DNA of 64,000 bases, taken from assembly GCA_050294405.1 (NCBI GenBank), contig JBNKOC010000012.1, positions 64,001 through 128,000 on the forward strand, given 5' to 3'. The notes under the pieces were generated by a model. That model ran no database searches. It was given only the letters and a program-made list of their open reading frames with translations, and was not told the DNA's origin. Position 1 is the stretch's first letter. Each line of letters opens with the position of its first letter. Shown piece by piece: positions 49,441 through 59,054 of the stretch. Made by a program: the position numbers and the translations under genes. The stretch is from Fibrobacteria bacterium. GTDB taxonomy: Bacteria; Fibrobacterota; Fibrobacteria; UBA11236; JADFYW01.

Positions 49441-50949
49441 ATGCGGGTAATCCATAAATTTTGGAAAAGAATAGGGCTGCTTTTGTGCTCAGCCTATTTG
49501 GTTTCAAGTTGCGTAAAGATTGAAACAAAAGAAATAAAATACCCTGATGGAGCGATAAAAGAAAAATATAGCTATTACCTGGCTGAAGGCGGTTTGGAAA
49601 TCTGGGATGGAAAATACAGCCGTTGGTATCCATCGGGAAAACTCGCCGAAGAATCAAATTGGAATGAAGGTATTCTCCACGGGGTTCAAACTCAGTGGTA
49701 TGAAAATGGCAATAAAAAAATGGAAGGAAACTGGATTTTTGGAGAGGAAGAAGGTGTTTTTAAGAAATGGTATGTAAATGGTCAGTTGGCTGAAGAAATG
49801 GCTTTTGAAACCGGCCGCCCCAAAGGACAAAAAACAGTGTGGCATCCTAATGGAAAGAAAAAATCAGAATTGATGATTGTTAACGGATTAGAAGATGGGA
49901 TAGAAAATATATGGGATGATAATGGAGATGTTTATTCCCAAAGGTTTTGGATAAGTGGAAAGCTTGATAGCGTTAAAACATACATTCCCGAGTCAGAGTT
50001 GAAACAAATGTCAATCGAGTTTGAGCCTGGAAAAAAGGCGGAGGAATTTAGCTATTTTTTAGATCCTGATGGAAACCAAATTCGACATGGAGATTTAAAG
50101 CAATGGTATGACAACGGGCAGTTGGAACGAAATATTTCTTTTGATTTCGGAAAAAAAAATGGAATGGAAATTTGGTATTTCGAAAATGGTTTAAAAAAAT
50201 CAGAAATTCCCTGGAAGGTTGGGAAAAAAGATGGCGTGGAAAAACATTGGTATCCAAATGGTGAATTTCAAAAAAGTGAAGAAAACTATGATACAGGGAT
50301 ATTAAATGGAGTTGTAAAAAACTGGTACCCAAATGGTAAATTAAAAAGTGAATTTTATTACGTTGATGGCAAACTCAGCGATACAGCAATGCTGTGGTTT
50401 GAATCGGGTACATTAAAGTCCAAAGCAGTTTACAGTGAAGGTAAGCTCAATGGCCAGGTGATCAGTTGCTACCCTATAGGACAAAAGAAATCTGTAGCTA
50501 GTTTTCAGGAAGGTGTAAAACATGGGAAATACCAGGAGTTTTATACTCATGGTCAGATAAAGTTGGAAGTGGAATACAATCGGGGTATAAAAATTGCGGA
50601 AAGTGTTAAGAAGTGGACTAAAGGTGGAGATAGGGTGGATTTGAGCAAAATGTATACAGCTGTTGAAAAAGCCCAGTTGGAGCAAAAAATCAAACAATCC
50701 CATTCTAATTGTCAAAAAGAAATTGAGAACGTTGCTGAACTTAAGGCAAAGTTAAATAGCGGTAGCCTGTATAAAGAACTGCAAAAACTTGAAATCAGCT
50801 ACAACAGATCAGAACAAAAAAAAGAGGAAGAGTGCGAGTCCTACGGGGACAAAGTTGAAGAATACTTAAATTATTTTTCAAAAGAAGAATTGGATGAATT
50901 TTTACGTCTACAAAACTTAAGCCCTCTTAATAGCCCCGGTTTCAACTGA
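49441..50949 (+). CDS. MORN-variant (YwqK-like) repeat lipoprotein
   Basis: Lipobox-like VSSC; many G-x-x-x-x-W-Y-x-N-G repeats; likely start MRVIHK. Confidence 0.82.
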   Translation: MRVIHKFWKRIGLLLCSAYLVSSCVKIETKEIKYPDGAIKEKYSYYLAEGGLEIWDGKYSRWYPSGKLAEESNWNEGILHGVQTQWYENGNKKMEGNWIFGEEEGVFKKWYVNGQLAEEMAFETGRPKGQKTVWHPNGKKKSELMIVNGLEDGIENIWDDNGDVYSQRFWISGKLDSVKTYIPESELKQMSIEFEPGKKAEEFSYFLDPDGNQIRHGDLKQWYDNGQLERNISFDFGKKNGMEIWYFENGLKKSEIPWKVGKKDGVEKHWYPNGEFQKSEENYDTGILNGVVKNWYPNGKLKSEFYYVDGKLSDTAMLWFESGTLKSKAVYSEGKLNGQVISCYPIGQKKSVASFQEGVKHGKYQEFYTHGQIKLEVEYNRGIKIAESVKKWTKGGDRVDLSKMYTAVEKAQLEQKIKQSHSNCQKEIENVAELKAKLNSGSLYKELQKLEISYNRSEQKKEEECESYGDKVEEYLNYFSKEELDEFLRLQNLSPLNSPGFN

Positions 50950-50991
50950 TATTCAGTGGAATTCTGATTAAATATCCTTAATAACCAGGAA

Positions 50992-53187
50992 TTGGTTAAT
51001 TTTTTCAGCATGGAAATTCCAGTAGCTGTAAAAGCAGCAAAATATTTAATGCTGCTGTCTGCTTTATCTCTGCAATTTTCCTGTAAGCAAAATGGAAGTG
51101 TAAAAATGGAAAATAAATTACGAAATGAAAAAAGCCCCTATCTCCTGCAGCATGCTAAAAATCCGGTCCATTGGTATCCTTGGGGTGAGGAAGCGTTTAA
51201 CAGAGCTAAAAAAGAAAATAAACTAATACTATTGTCCATTGGTTATTCTACTTGCCACTGGTGCCATGTCATGGAAAAAGAATCTTTTGAAAAAGAGGAT
51301 GTGGCAGCTATCCTTAACAAATATTATGTAAGTATTAAGGTAGATAGAGAGGAACGCCCGGATGTAGATAATTTGTATATGGGATTAGCACAAGCTTTAG
51401 GGGTTGGGGGAGGCTGGCCCCTTAATTTGTTCTTAACTCCCGACCAGGTTCCTTTTACCGGGGGCACCTATTTTCCTCCGGAAGATGCTTATGGTAAGCG
51501 AAGTTTTAAATATGTGCTTCAAACTGTGGCAAAAATGTGGGAAAGCGAACCTCAGAAAATTTTAGATACAGAAAAAGGGGTGCTAAAATATATCAATCAA
51601 AAAAATGAAGTAACCCCCACAGCTGTAAATATTGAAGCGTTGCATCAAAAGGCGATTTTAGAAAAAGCTTCTATGTATGAGCCGGCGTATGGGGGCTTTT
51701 CTTCAGCTCCAAAGTTCCCTATGGGTCACGCACTTTCCTATTTGATATTGCTCGAAAAAAGAAATCCAGACAAAGTGCTTCTCAATAGAATAACCCACAC
51801 TTTGGATAACATGGCTTCGGCCGGGCTTTACGATCAAATTGGAGGGGGGTTTCATCGTTATTCCACAGACAGGGAATGGCTGGTGCCCCATTTTGAAAAA
51901 ATGTTATACGACCAGGCGCTTTTGATTACTGCATATGCCAATGCCTACAGCAATACCTTAAATAGCCGCTATGCAGAAATTGTAGCGGAAACAATTGAGT
52001 ATCTGCGTAGAGATATGTTGGATGAAAAGGGAGGTTTTTATTCGGCTGAAGATGCCGATAGCGAGGGAGAAGAAGGGACTTTTTATTTATGGGAAATATC
52101 GGAACTCAAGGAATTAGTTCCAGAGAATATTGGAATGTTAATGGATTGGTTTGATATAAAAGAGCATGGGAATTTCGAGGGAAAAAATATTTTAACCCGT
52201 AAACATACTATTAGATGGTTGGCGGAAAAGTATGGAAAAGATGAAGACGGGTTGAAAGCTAAAATAAAGGAAATGAATTCCAGGCTTTTGGCCGCAAGAA
52301 GCCAAAGAATCCGGCCTCATTTGGACGATAAAATTTTAACAGACTGGAACGGTTTAGTTATATCGGCGTTAAGCAAGGCAGCCCAGGCTTTGCCCGATTC
52401 GCTGGGCGATATATATAAAAAAGAAAATAGCCTTAATATGGCAAAAAATGCGGCCGAATTTGTTTTAAAAGAATTAAGAGATAAGGATAACCGGCTTTTA
52501 AAAAGTTACAGGCAAGGGCCTTCTAACATCGCAGGGTTTATTGAGGATTACGCCTTTTTTGCCAATGGACTATTGGACTTGTATGAAAGCAGTTTCGAAG
52601 TAAAATACCTTGAGGAGGCTGTGGCTACAGCCCGCCAGATGATTGAAAATTTTTGGGACTCCAAGGACGGTGGCTTTTATTTTATTCCTAAAGATGGAAG
52701 CATGCTCTTAAAAAATGCCAAGGAACTCAATGACGGAGCTATTCCCAGCGGAAATAGTGTGGCGGCGCAGGTATGTGCTCGTCTATATCGCATTACCGCA
52801 AATGAGGAATACAAAAACATATTGGAAAAAATGATTTCCTTTTTTGGCCCTCAAATTAATACCTATCCTTCCAGCTATCCTGTTTTTTTATCCGCATTGG
52901 ATATGTATTATAATCCCGGTCCTGAAATTATTTTATCCGGAAATAAAGAAAACGAATCCTTTAAAAAAATTTGGAGCCTGGTAAAAAAATACCCATCCAT
53001 AAACCAAATATTAATTCATGTTCCTGAACACAGTGAATCAGCCATATTTGAAATAGCTCCTTTTACCAAACAACAACGAGTCGTTGAAGGAGATGTAACC
53101 TTTTATTATTGCCAAAATAGAACATGCCAAAGACCTTTGAATTCTCCCGTAGATGTGGAAGAATTTTTAAAATCAGTTGCCGGATAA
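50992..53187 (+). CDS. YyaL/SSP411-family thioredoxin plus six-hairpin glycosidase-like protein (start uncertain)
   Basis: [40 protein letters not shown] and [11 protein letters not shown]. Confidence 0.92.
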   Translation: MVNFFSMEIPVAVKAAKYLMLLSALSLQFSCKQNGSVKMENKLRNEKSPYLLQHAKNPVHWYPWGEEAFNRAKKENKLILLSIGYSTCHWCHVMEKESFEKEDVAAILNKYYVSIKVDREERPDVDNLYMGLAQALGVGGGWPLNLFLTPDQVPFTGGTYFPPEDAYGKRSFKYVLQTVAKMWESEPQKILDTEKGVLKYINQKNEVTPTAVNIEALHQKAILEKASMYEPAYGGFSSAPKFPMGHALSYLILLEKRNPDKVLLNRITHTLDNMASAGLYDQIGGGFHRYSTDREWLVPHFEKMLYDQALLITAYANAYSNTLNSRYAEIVAETIEYLRRDMLDEKGGFYSAEDADSEGEEGTFYLWEISELKELVPENIGMLMDWFDIKEHGNFEGKNILTRKHTIRWLAEKYGKDEDGLKAKIKEMNSRLLAARSQRIRPHLDDKILTDWNGLVISALSKAAQALPDSLGDIYKKENSLNMAKNAAEFVLKELRDKDNRLLKSYRQGPSNIAGFIEDYAFFANGLLDLYESSFEVKYLEEAVATARQMIENFWDSKDGGFYFIPKDGSMLLKNAKELNDGAIPSGNSVAAQVCARLYRITANEEYKNILEKMISFFGPQINTYPSSYPVFLSALDMYYNPGPEIILSGNKENESFKKIWSLVKKYPSINQILIHVPEHSESAIFEIAPFTKQQRVVEGDVTFYYCQNRTCQRPLNSPVDVEEFLKSVAG

Positions 53188-53895
53188 TATTTGCAATATT
53201 GTGCTTTTGTGATTATCGAGATAATAAGAAAAATCGTGAAGGCCATCAGGGAAAATATACAGGCTGGTGTTTGGATTTTGTTTTTTCCATTCTTTAAAAA
53301 CAGGTTCAATTTTTTCAATTGGAAAGAGTCTGTCGTTTCCTCCCTGAAAAAAGTGCCAATGCCCTTTTTGAAACCCATCTTGACTGTAATTTTTTTGATT
53401 TAAAATAATTTGAGGGGCGCTGGAAAATAAAAGCCTCTTGGTTATATTAAAGGGGCTGTTAATACTAAAGTGAATCACGGCTAAAGAGCCATCCGAAACA
53501 CCAAATAAAATAATCGGCAATTTTTCCAATTGCTGTTTGGCGATAAATTCCCTTAAAAAACTATTTATGTTTGTCATTAGTTGCGGGTGAAGCCAATGTA
53601 AGTTTCTATTGGCTGAGGGGCTGAATACTATATAATCATTTCTGTTTATAAGAGGGTATATGCCTGTTAAGGCTTGTTTCCCTTTGTCTGATATGGGACT
53701 ATTCATGCCGCCATGAAACCAGATGATAATACCTTTGGCCGAGGTCATGTTTGAAGGAAAGCTGGCGCCGTAGAAAACATTTTCAGAGCCGAATTGAAAA
53801 ATGGAGTCCCGGAAGGAAAAAGAATTCTCCAGAAAGAAAAACAAATGGCAAAATAATAAAAGATGAATCTTTGTATTCATACTCATTAATTGCAA
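53173..53895 (-). CDS. exported alpha/beta-hydrolase-fold protein
   Basis: WFHGG, GVSDG nucleophile elbow, QGGND and GLH. Confidence 0.7.
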   Translation of the reverse strand: MQLMSMNTKIHLLLFCHLFFFLENSFSFRDSIFQFGSENVFYGASFPSNMTSAKGIIIWFHGGMNSPISDKGKQALTGIYPLINRNDYIVFSPSANRNLHWLHPQLMTNINSFLREFIAKQQLEKLPIILFGVSDGSLAVIHFSINSPFNITKRLLFSSAPQIILNQKNYSQDGFQKGHWHFFQGGNDRLFPIEKIEPVFKEWKKQNPNTSLYIFPDGLHDFSYYLDNHKSTILQILSGN

Positions 53896-53916
53896 TATAG
53901 CACAATGAATAGTTGC

Positions 53917-54591
53917 TTAGTGGATTCGAATTACAATTCTTCTGTTGGCGGCTTGGTTTTCTGGAATGGGCTTGCCGTTGGAGTCCCTGTTGGGAGCAAC
54001 AGGCTTGGTATCTGCATATCCTGCAGCCTTAAGCCTGTCCCCATTCACGCCAGTTTCTATCATATACTTAACAATGTTTGTTGCCCTGGAAACGCTAAGC
54101 TCCCAGTTTGAGGGAAAACGAATGGTGTTAATGGGAACATCATCTGTATGTCCTTCCACATCCACTACAAAGGGGTAATAATCAACCTGCTTAATGGCTT
54201 GTGAAACCTTATCAATCAGGTTTTGTGCTGTTGGGCTTATGTCGGCACTCCCGCCAGCGTAAAAAGCCGAACTTGCAAATTTTAACATTATGTTTTTTTG
54301 GTCCTGCTTTATATTAACCTGCTGGGCTGCTTTCTCATCAGCCAATAACGAGTCCAGAGCCCGCTTAATATCAGCCAAGGGAGTTTTTATCTTCTCGTCT
54401 TTGATTTCCGAAATGATTCCAGATTTCATTTGTTCCCATAAGCTCATATCCACTTTTGAAATGGATATTAACATTAAAAAAAACGCCATAAGAAGGGTTA
54501 TCATATCCCCGTAGGTATTCATCCAGTCATCTAAATTCACCTCTTCAGGTTCGTTTAGTCTGTATTTGTTTTTATGGGATTTTAAAGCCAT
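53917..54591 (-). CDS. motB: MotB-family stator subunit with OmpA-like peptidoglycan-binding domain
   Basis: WMNTYGDMITLLMAFF TM with the conserved Asp; EGHTDD, NWELSVSRA, GYADTKP and NRRIVI. Confidence 0.92.
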   Translation of the reverse strand: MALKSHKNKYRLNEPEEVNLDDWMNTYGDMITLLMAFFLMLISISKVDMSLWEQMKSGIISEIKDEKIKTPLADIKRALDSLLADEKAAQQVNIKQDQKNIMLKFASSAFYAGGSADISPTAQNLIDKVSQAIKQVDYYPFVVDVEGHTDDVPINTIRFPSNWELSVSRATNIVKYMIETGVNGDRLKAAGYADTKPVAPNRDSNGKPIPENQAANRRIVIRIH

Positions 54592-54602
54592 GAATCGCTG
54601 CC

Positions 54603-55397
54603 TTATTTTTTGGGCTCAGCATCCATTTGAAATTTATTTTTTCTGTCCAAATAGGCGTTTAATTTATCCTGAATATAAAATGGACTTTTCTTTTCCAGTA
54701 TTAACATAAACCCTTCAAGGATTAGATATTCCCGGAACCTTTGGATTCCTAAAATTTGCTTTACTTTGGTGGAGCATGGTTGGAATATAAATCTGGCGAA
54801 TAAAACCCCATATAATGTGGTCATGAGGGCAATAGACAAACCAGGTCCCATTTGAGAGGGGTCATCCATTTTGCTTAACATTACAATTAATCCAATTAAG
54901 GTGCCTACCATGCCAAAAGCCGGAGCGGCAGAGGCCATTGTGTTTAATATGTTGGATTCGGATAGATGTCTGAAGTAGTGCTCTTCAATGGCGGTTTCGG
55001 TAAACTCAGCCACCTCATCTTTGGAATAGCCGGTACTGATTAAGGAACTAACATACTTCACGAAATCATCTTTTGTCTCATTTCCGATGTTTTCAAAAGC
55101 GTTGATTCCGTCTTGGGATACACGCCTGGACCAGCTGATAACCATTCCCACATCCTGCATAAGAGATTTTGGAGTTATTTTCTGGCGTACGAAAACTTTA
55201 AATATAGATAAAAGAGCTACAAAAATATAGCGCCAGCGATACCCGATAAAAGCAGATGTTACGGTACCTCCAACAACAATGGAAGCGCTGGGACCGCTGA
55301 TAAATATGCTCCAGTCATTAGTTGCGCTTAAAACACCCCAGGAAACAATTCCCACACCAAAAATAACACCGAATACGGTGGAAAGGGAAAGAAACAT
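54603..55397 (-). CDS. motA: MotA-family stator subunit
   Basis: SIVVGGT, APAFGMVGTLIGL, GPGLSIALMTTLYG and LILEG...P..IQDKL. Confidence 0.92.
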   Translation of the reverse strand: MFLSLSTVFGVIFGVGIVSWGVLSATNDWSIFISGPSASIVVGGTVTSAFIGYRWRYIFVALLSIFKVFVRQKITPKSLMQDVGMVISWSRRVSQDGINAFENIGNETKDDFVKYVSSLISTGYSKDEVAEFTETAIEEHYFRHLSESNILNTMASAAPAFGMVGTLIGLIVMLSKMDDPSQMGPGLSIALMTTLYGVLFARFIFQPCSTKVKQILGIQRFREYLILEGFMLILEKKSPFYIQDKLNAYLDRKNKFQMDAEPKK

Positions 55398-56074
55398 TAA
55401 TTTTGCTCCAAACTTTTGTTGGCTTTTTTAAGCTTATTCAACATTTGAATAACAGCTGGCATATCAGGGTTTAATCTAAGAGATTGCAACCAGGCTTCTT
55501 TGGCGGCGGGCATATCGTCCATCATGTATAATATGCTTCCCATAAGGGCGTATCCATCTGACGTTTCTTGTTTTTGTAAACTGAATTTCACCATGTCCAA
55601 AGCTTCCGGAAATCTTTTCTGATAGAAAAACTCCTGCGCCTTTCTAATTTCCGCCAAGACCTGCTGCATATCGCCTTTTGTAAGGTCATTGCCTTTGGCT
55701 ATATCCATAACATCATCCCAATTTTCTTTTTTGTCTTTTTCTTCTTCCTCTTTAGCGGCAGAGTCTACGGAGGTTTTTTTGCTGGATTGCTGGACTTGAG
55801 GGGCGACAGGAGAAGGCGGGGGAACCGGGCTGCCTGACATTACCAAATTTACATCCTGGCTGTTTATGTCCACAACCATAGTTACATTTGAAGACTTGTT
55901 AGTGTATGAAATTTTCATTTCATTGCTATTTTTTGGCGCTGGAGAAGAAACCTGGTTATTCTCTGCACGGGTATCCGCGCTTTTTTTATCTGCCTTTGAG
56001 GAGGCGCAGCCCATAGCTCCCAATAGGGCTATGTAAATCAGGCTAGAAGGTATAATTAAGGATGTCCACTTCAT
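55397..56074 (-). CDS. lipoprotein with low-complexity linker and C-terminal TPR
   Basis: Lipobox AMGC, Pro-rich linker and TPR (GYALMGSILY...WLQSLRLNP). Confidence 0.82.
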   Translation of the reverse strand: MKWTSLIIPSSLIYIALLGAMGCASSKADKKSADTRAENNQVSSPAPKNSNEMKISYTNKSSNVTMVVDINSQDVNLVMSGSPVPPPSPVAPQVQQSSKKTSVDSAAKEEEEKDKKENWDDVMDIAKGNDLTKGDMQQVLAEIRKAQEFFYQKRFPEALDMVKFSLQKQETSDGYALMGSILYMMDDMPAAKEAWLQSLRLNPDMPAVIQMLNKLKKANKSLEQN

Positions 56075-57122
56075 AAGCTAGTTTCTCAAAGGTGATTTTG
56101 TGCCCCACTGCATCTCCCAAAGAACCGGTGATAAACCGATCTCCAGCTATGTAACTTACCCCAATGGATACTCCAAAATGTTTGGAGAGTTGAGCGTTAT
56201 ATCCATAGGTAAAAACCGGAATGCTGCCTGTAAATAAAAAAGGAACATAATAGTAGGCGCTAAAATAGGTCCCCAACCAATGGCCCCTGTCCCGGTTTCC
56301 TTTGGGAACTAACACGGCCCAAACTCCAACTCCAATTTGCATGGTGTATATGCCGCTGTAGCCCAATTCAATACTGTCTTTTTTGGAGATTGCCATGCGG
56401 GATACACCTGCGTTGATGTTAAACCACAACCTTCGGTTTTTGGTCAAGGCTTCAGTGACACTCCCTTCAATGGCGACTTGGTTAAACCCGGTTTCCTTGT
56501 CTATGCCGCTTTGTCCCTCAAACTTTTCCATGGAAAAAATTCGAATAGGTACATGAGCGGACCATTTTAAGTCGAATATGCTAGGCTCCACCTTGTTGGG
56601 TCCTGCGATAAAATCTCCAGACCACAATATTTCAGCAGTTCGGTGCTTCACTAATTTTAGATTTAACATTACATCGCCATCCTTGGACTTGCTGCAAGAA
56701 CCTTCAATAAAAGCGTCAATTCTTAATTTATCGCCAAGCTTCCAAAGCTCTTCGATAGTAGGAATGGTGTTAGACATGCTAAAGGAGGTATCGGTGCTGA
56801 TAATATTCAGGGTTTTTAGTTCGGGGGGAGATACTAGCGTACGGCGGCCTTCATCCCGCAATGTAGTTTCAATTCGGCCTTGAATGTATCTGGACTCCCC
56901 TTTTGTGAAACCTTTGGAATCCGTTCTGATTTGGTAAATGGCGATTTTTTCCACCGAGGGAGGTATATCCCCTAATGTTTCCTTTAGCTCAGCAATAATT
57001 TTTTCAATTTGCTTGATTCCGGAGGATGTTTCATAAAAGGGATGGTTCTCCGGTAGGTTTTCCGTTACATTGTCCCCGAAAGAAAAGGCGAATAGAAACC
57101 CCAATAATGTTAGTATTCTCAT
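56043..57122 (-). CDS. exported protein: CsgG/FlgO/TolB-N-like domain plus putative C-terminal beta-barrel
   Basis: Signal peptide; KIAI...LWKLGDKLRIDAFIEGS...LNLKLVKHRTAEILWS pattern; amphipathic strands ending in Phe (ILNYTF). Confidence 0.6.
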   Translation of the reverse strand: MRILTLLGFLFAFSFGDNVTENLPENHPFYETSSGIKQIEKIIAELKETLGDIPPSVEKIAIYQIRTDSKGFTKGESRYIQGRIETTLRDEGRRTLVSPPELKTLNIISTDTSFSMSNTIPTIEELWKLGDKLRIDAFIEGSCSKSKDGDVMLNLKLVKHRTAEILWSGDFIAGPNKVEPSIFDLKWSAHVPIRIFSMEKFEGQSGIDKETGFNQVAIEGSVTEALTKNRRLWFNINAGVSRMAISKKDSIELGYSGIYTMQIGVGVWAVLVPKGNRDRGHWLGTYFSAYYYVPFLFTGSIPVFTYGYNAQLSKHFGVSIGVSYIAGDRFITGSLGDAVGHKITFEKLAYEVDILNYTF

Positions 57123-58939
57123 GCCTCCGGCCTCCCGCCATAGGCTTTGATATCCTGCCTGATTTTTTGCAAAAGGGTTTTTTGCGCGCTTTCAATTTCT
57201 TCAGCTTTTAAATCGGTTTTGGTTTCCAAACCCGATTTTATCATAAGCTGCATCCGCTCAGGTAGTAAGGAAATTACTTTTAATTTTATGTCTTCTTCTA
57301 CTCCGGCAAGGGCATTGGTAAGTACATCCTGGTTTACATTTCTAACAGAATTAGTGAGAAACTTGTCGGGAAGGCTGGTGATTTCAGGTAGGGTGATAAA
57401 ATTGTTTTTGATTTTTTCCGCCAGGTTTAAATCCACTTCTGCAATGGAATTCAGATATTCTCCCTGGACAGAAATGGGAAGGCTGTCTAAAACATCCAGT
57501 ACGCTTTCAATGCCATCAGAAGCTACATAGCGCATGTTTATAACTTCAAGCGCGTTGGCAGACAATCTATCCGCTAGTTCCTTGTATACTTTAAGGGGGA
57601 TGTTTTGAATTTTTCCCATTCCCGCAAGAATTTTTGTGCGCTTGGATTTATCCAATTTTTGAAGTATGGAGCTTGCTTTGGACGGTTCCACCTGGGCTAA
57701 AGCCATGCCAATGATTCCTTCAGATTCCTCCTTTAACAGGTGGAGGATTTGTTGTTCGTTCATCTGGCGCAAAAACCCAAAGAGATCTGCATATTCGCTT
57801 TCGTTTATTATGGAGCTGGTTTGGTTTTGGTAATCTTCTTTGAATTGCTTATACACAGCTAAAACTTCTTCCCCCGCCAAGGGTTCCAATTGTTTTAACC
57901 TATTTTCGATATTTTTAGTTTCTTCTTTTCCCAGTTCTGTGGAAACAACTTTTAATATTCTTTCATCAACTGCCTTAATTAATTTTGTTGTTTCCTGATG
58001 TCCTTCTTCACCTTTTTGCTGAATCCATTTCTTTAATACCTGAGAGCTGGAGGCTGTGTCCCCAATAAAGGCGCTTAACACATAAGAACGCATTTCCCGG
58101 AGTTCGTTATTCCCACTGTCCTCTTCTTTATTAGCCTCTGTAGATTTTTCTTTTTCGGGAGCTGTTTTAATTTCCTGGAGTTCGTTGATGATGTTAGTAT
58201 AGGAATCCTGGACCTTGCTTCGCTGCCGGTTTTTAGAAAACGCTCGGGAAACAATAACGGCAATTAACAAAACAAAAATGCAAATGATGAGTAGGGGTAT
58301 TAAAGAAGCCAGGTTGTCCACCAAAGGTTTGAAGGGGTTTAATTTTTCCTCTTTTTCCAACAGCTCGGAATCCGCCTTACTGCTGGGTAAGGCTTTTGGG
58401 TCCATGTTTTCAGCCAATTGATATCCCGAATTAGGCTTTTTCTGGACTGGGAAAATTCCGGAGCGAATATCCAGCCTGTCTCCCCGATATTCATTTAAAT
58501 TTGCCGACATGCTAATAAGCTTTTTAATAAAGGAGTAGTCTTTATCTTCATAGCTTGTATCCACCATGATTTCCACTTCCACATGGTTAATGGAAAAGTC
58601 ACTTTGTTTTTTCCCAGCCCTGGCTTTTGCCGCCCCTTCCTTCATGTCATTGGGCAACACAGGCAGCCCCGGCAGGGTGTATATATCATCCAAATCCCCT
58701 TCCAGATCAATTTCTTCAGACTCGTTCAGAAACACATTGGCATCTACTAAAAAAGTCCGTTCATCATAATATTTGCTGAGAACATCTTTTATTAGAACTT
58801 CGTAGTAGTGGGAGGCTTTGCGAGATTGGGCTTCGTATTTGCTTCTATCCTCATTTTTAACTTTAAATTCCTGGCCATTAGCCGGGGCAAAAAGGATTAT
58901 TGCAAAAAAGGCCCACTGGATGATGCCTGCAAATTTCAT
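57119..58939 (-). CDS. FliF(RBM3/C-terminal)-FliG fusion protein
   Basis: Signal peptide (MKFAG...ANG); FliF-like INHVEVEIMVD...IKKLISMSANLNEYRGDRLDI; one TM; SQVLKKWI; then FliG middle and C-terminal motifs through EEIESAQ. Confidence 0.78.
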   Translation of the reverse strand: MKFAGIIQWAFFAIILFAPANGQEFKVKNEDRSKYEAQSRKASHYYEVLIKDVLSKYYDERTFLVDANVFLNESEEIDLEGDLDDIYTLPGLPVLPNDMKEGAAKARAGKKQSDFSINHVEVEIMVDTSYEDKDYSFIKKLISMSANLNEYRGDRLDIRSGIFPVQKKPNSGYQLAENMDPKALPSSKADSELLEKEEKLNPFKPLVDNLASLIPLLIICIFVLLIAVIVSRAFSKNRQRSKVQDSYTNIINELQEIKTAPEKEKSTEANKEEDSGNNELREMRSYVLSAFIGDTASSSQVLKKWIQQKGEEGHQETTKLIKAVDERILKVVSTELGKEETKNIENRLKQLEPLAGEEVLAVYKQFKEDYQNQTSSIINESEYADLFGFLRQMNEQQILHLLKEESEGIIGMALAQVEPSKASSILQKLDKSKRTKILAGMGKIQNIPLKVYKELADRLSANALEVINMRYVASDGIESVLDVLDSLPISVQGEYLNSIAEVDLNLAEKIKNNFITLPEITSLPDKFLTNSVRNVNQDVLTNALAGVEEDIKLKVISLLPERMQLMIKSGLETKTDLKAEEIESAQKTLLQKIRQDIKAYGGRPEA

Positions 58940-59054
58940 TGATACACTCAATTTTTGAAGCAAAATATTCTCTAACGATTTTTTTCATGGTATTACAATC
59001 CCGGTTGGGTTTGCAAAGGTTTTTTAGGAAGGGCCTTTAAAAATTCAAAAAAAA

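Noticed and set aside
53917..55397. Zorya (ZorAB) defence system or ExbBD/TolQR as the identity of the stator pair
   Set aside because: MotA is 264 aa with flagellar-type motifs and no long ZorA tail, no zorC/D/E-like genes are present, MotB has an OmpA-like domain unlike ExbD/TolR, and a FliG-containing gene is in the same operon.
58940..58990. Out-of-frame upstream ATG with an A7 run before the FliF-FliG fusion, suggesting a frameshift
   Set aside because: The in-frame ATG at 58939 already gives a complete signal peptide, so no frameshift is needed.
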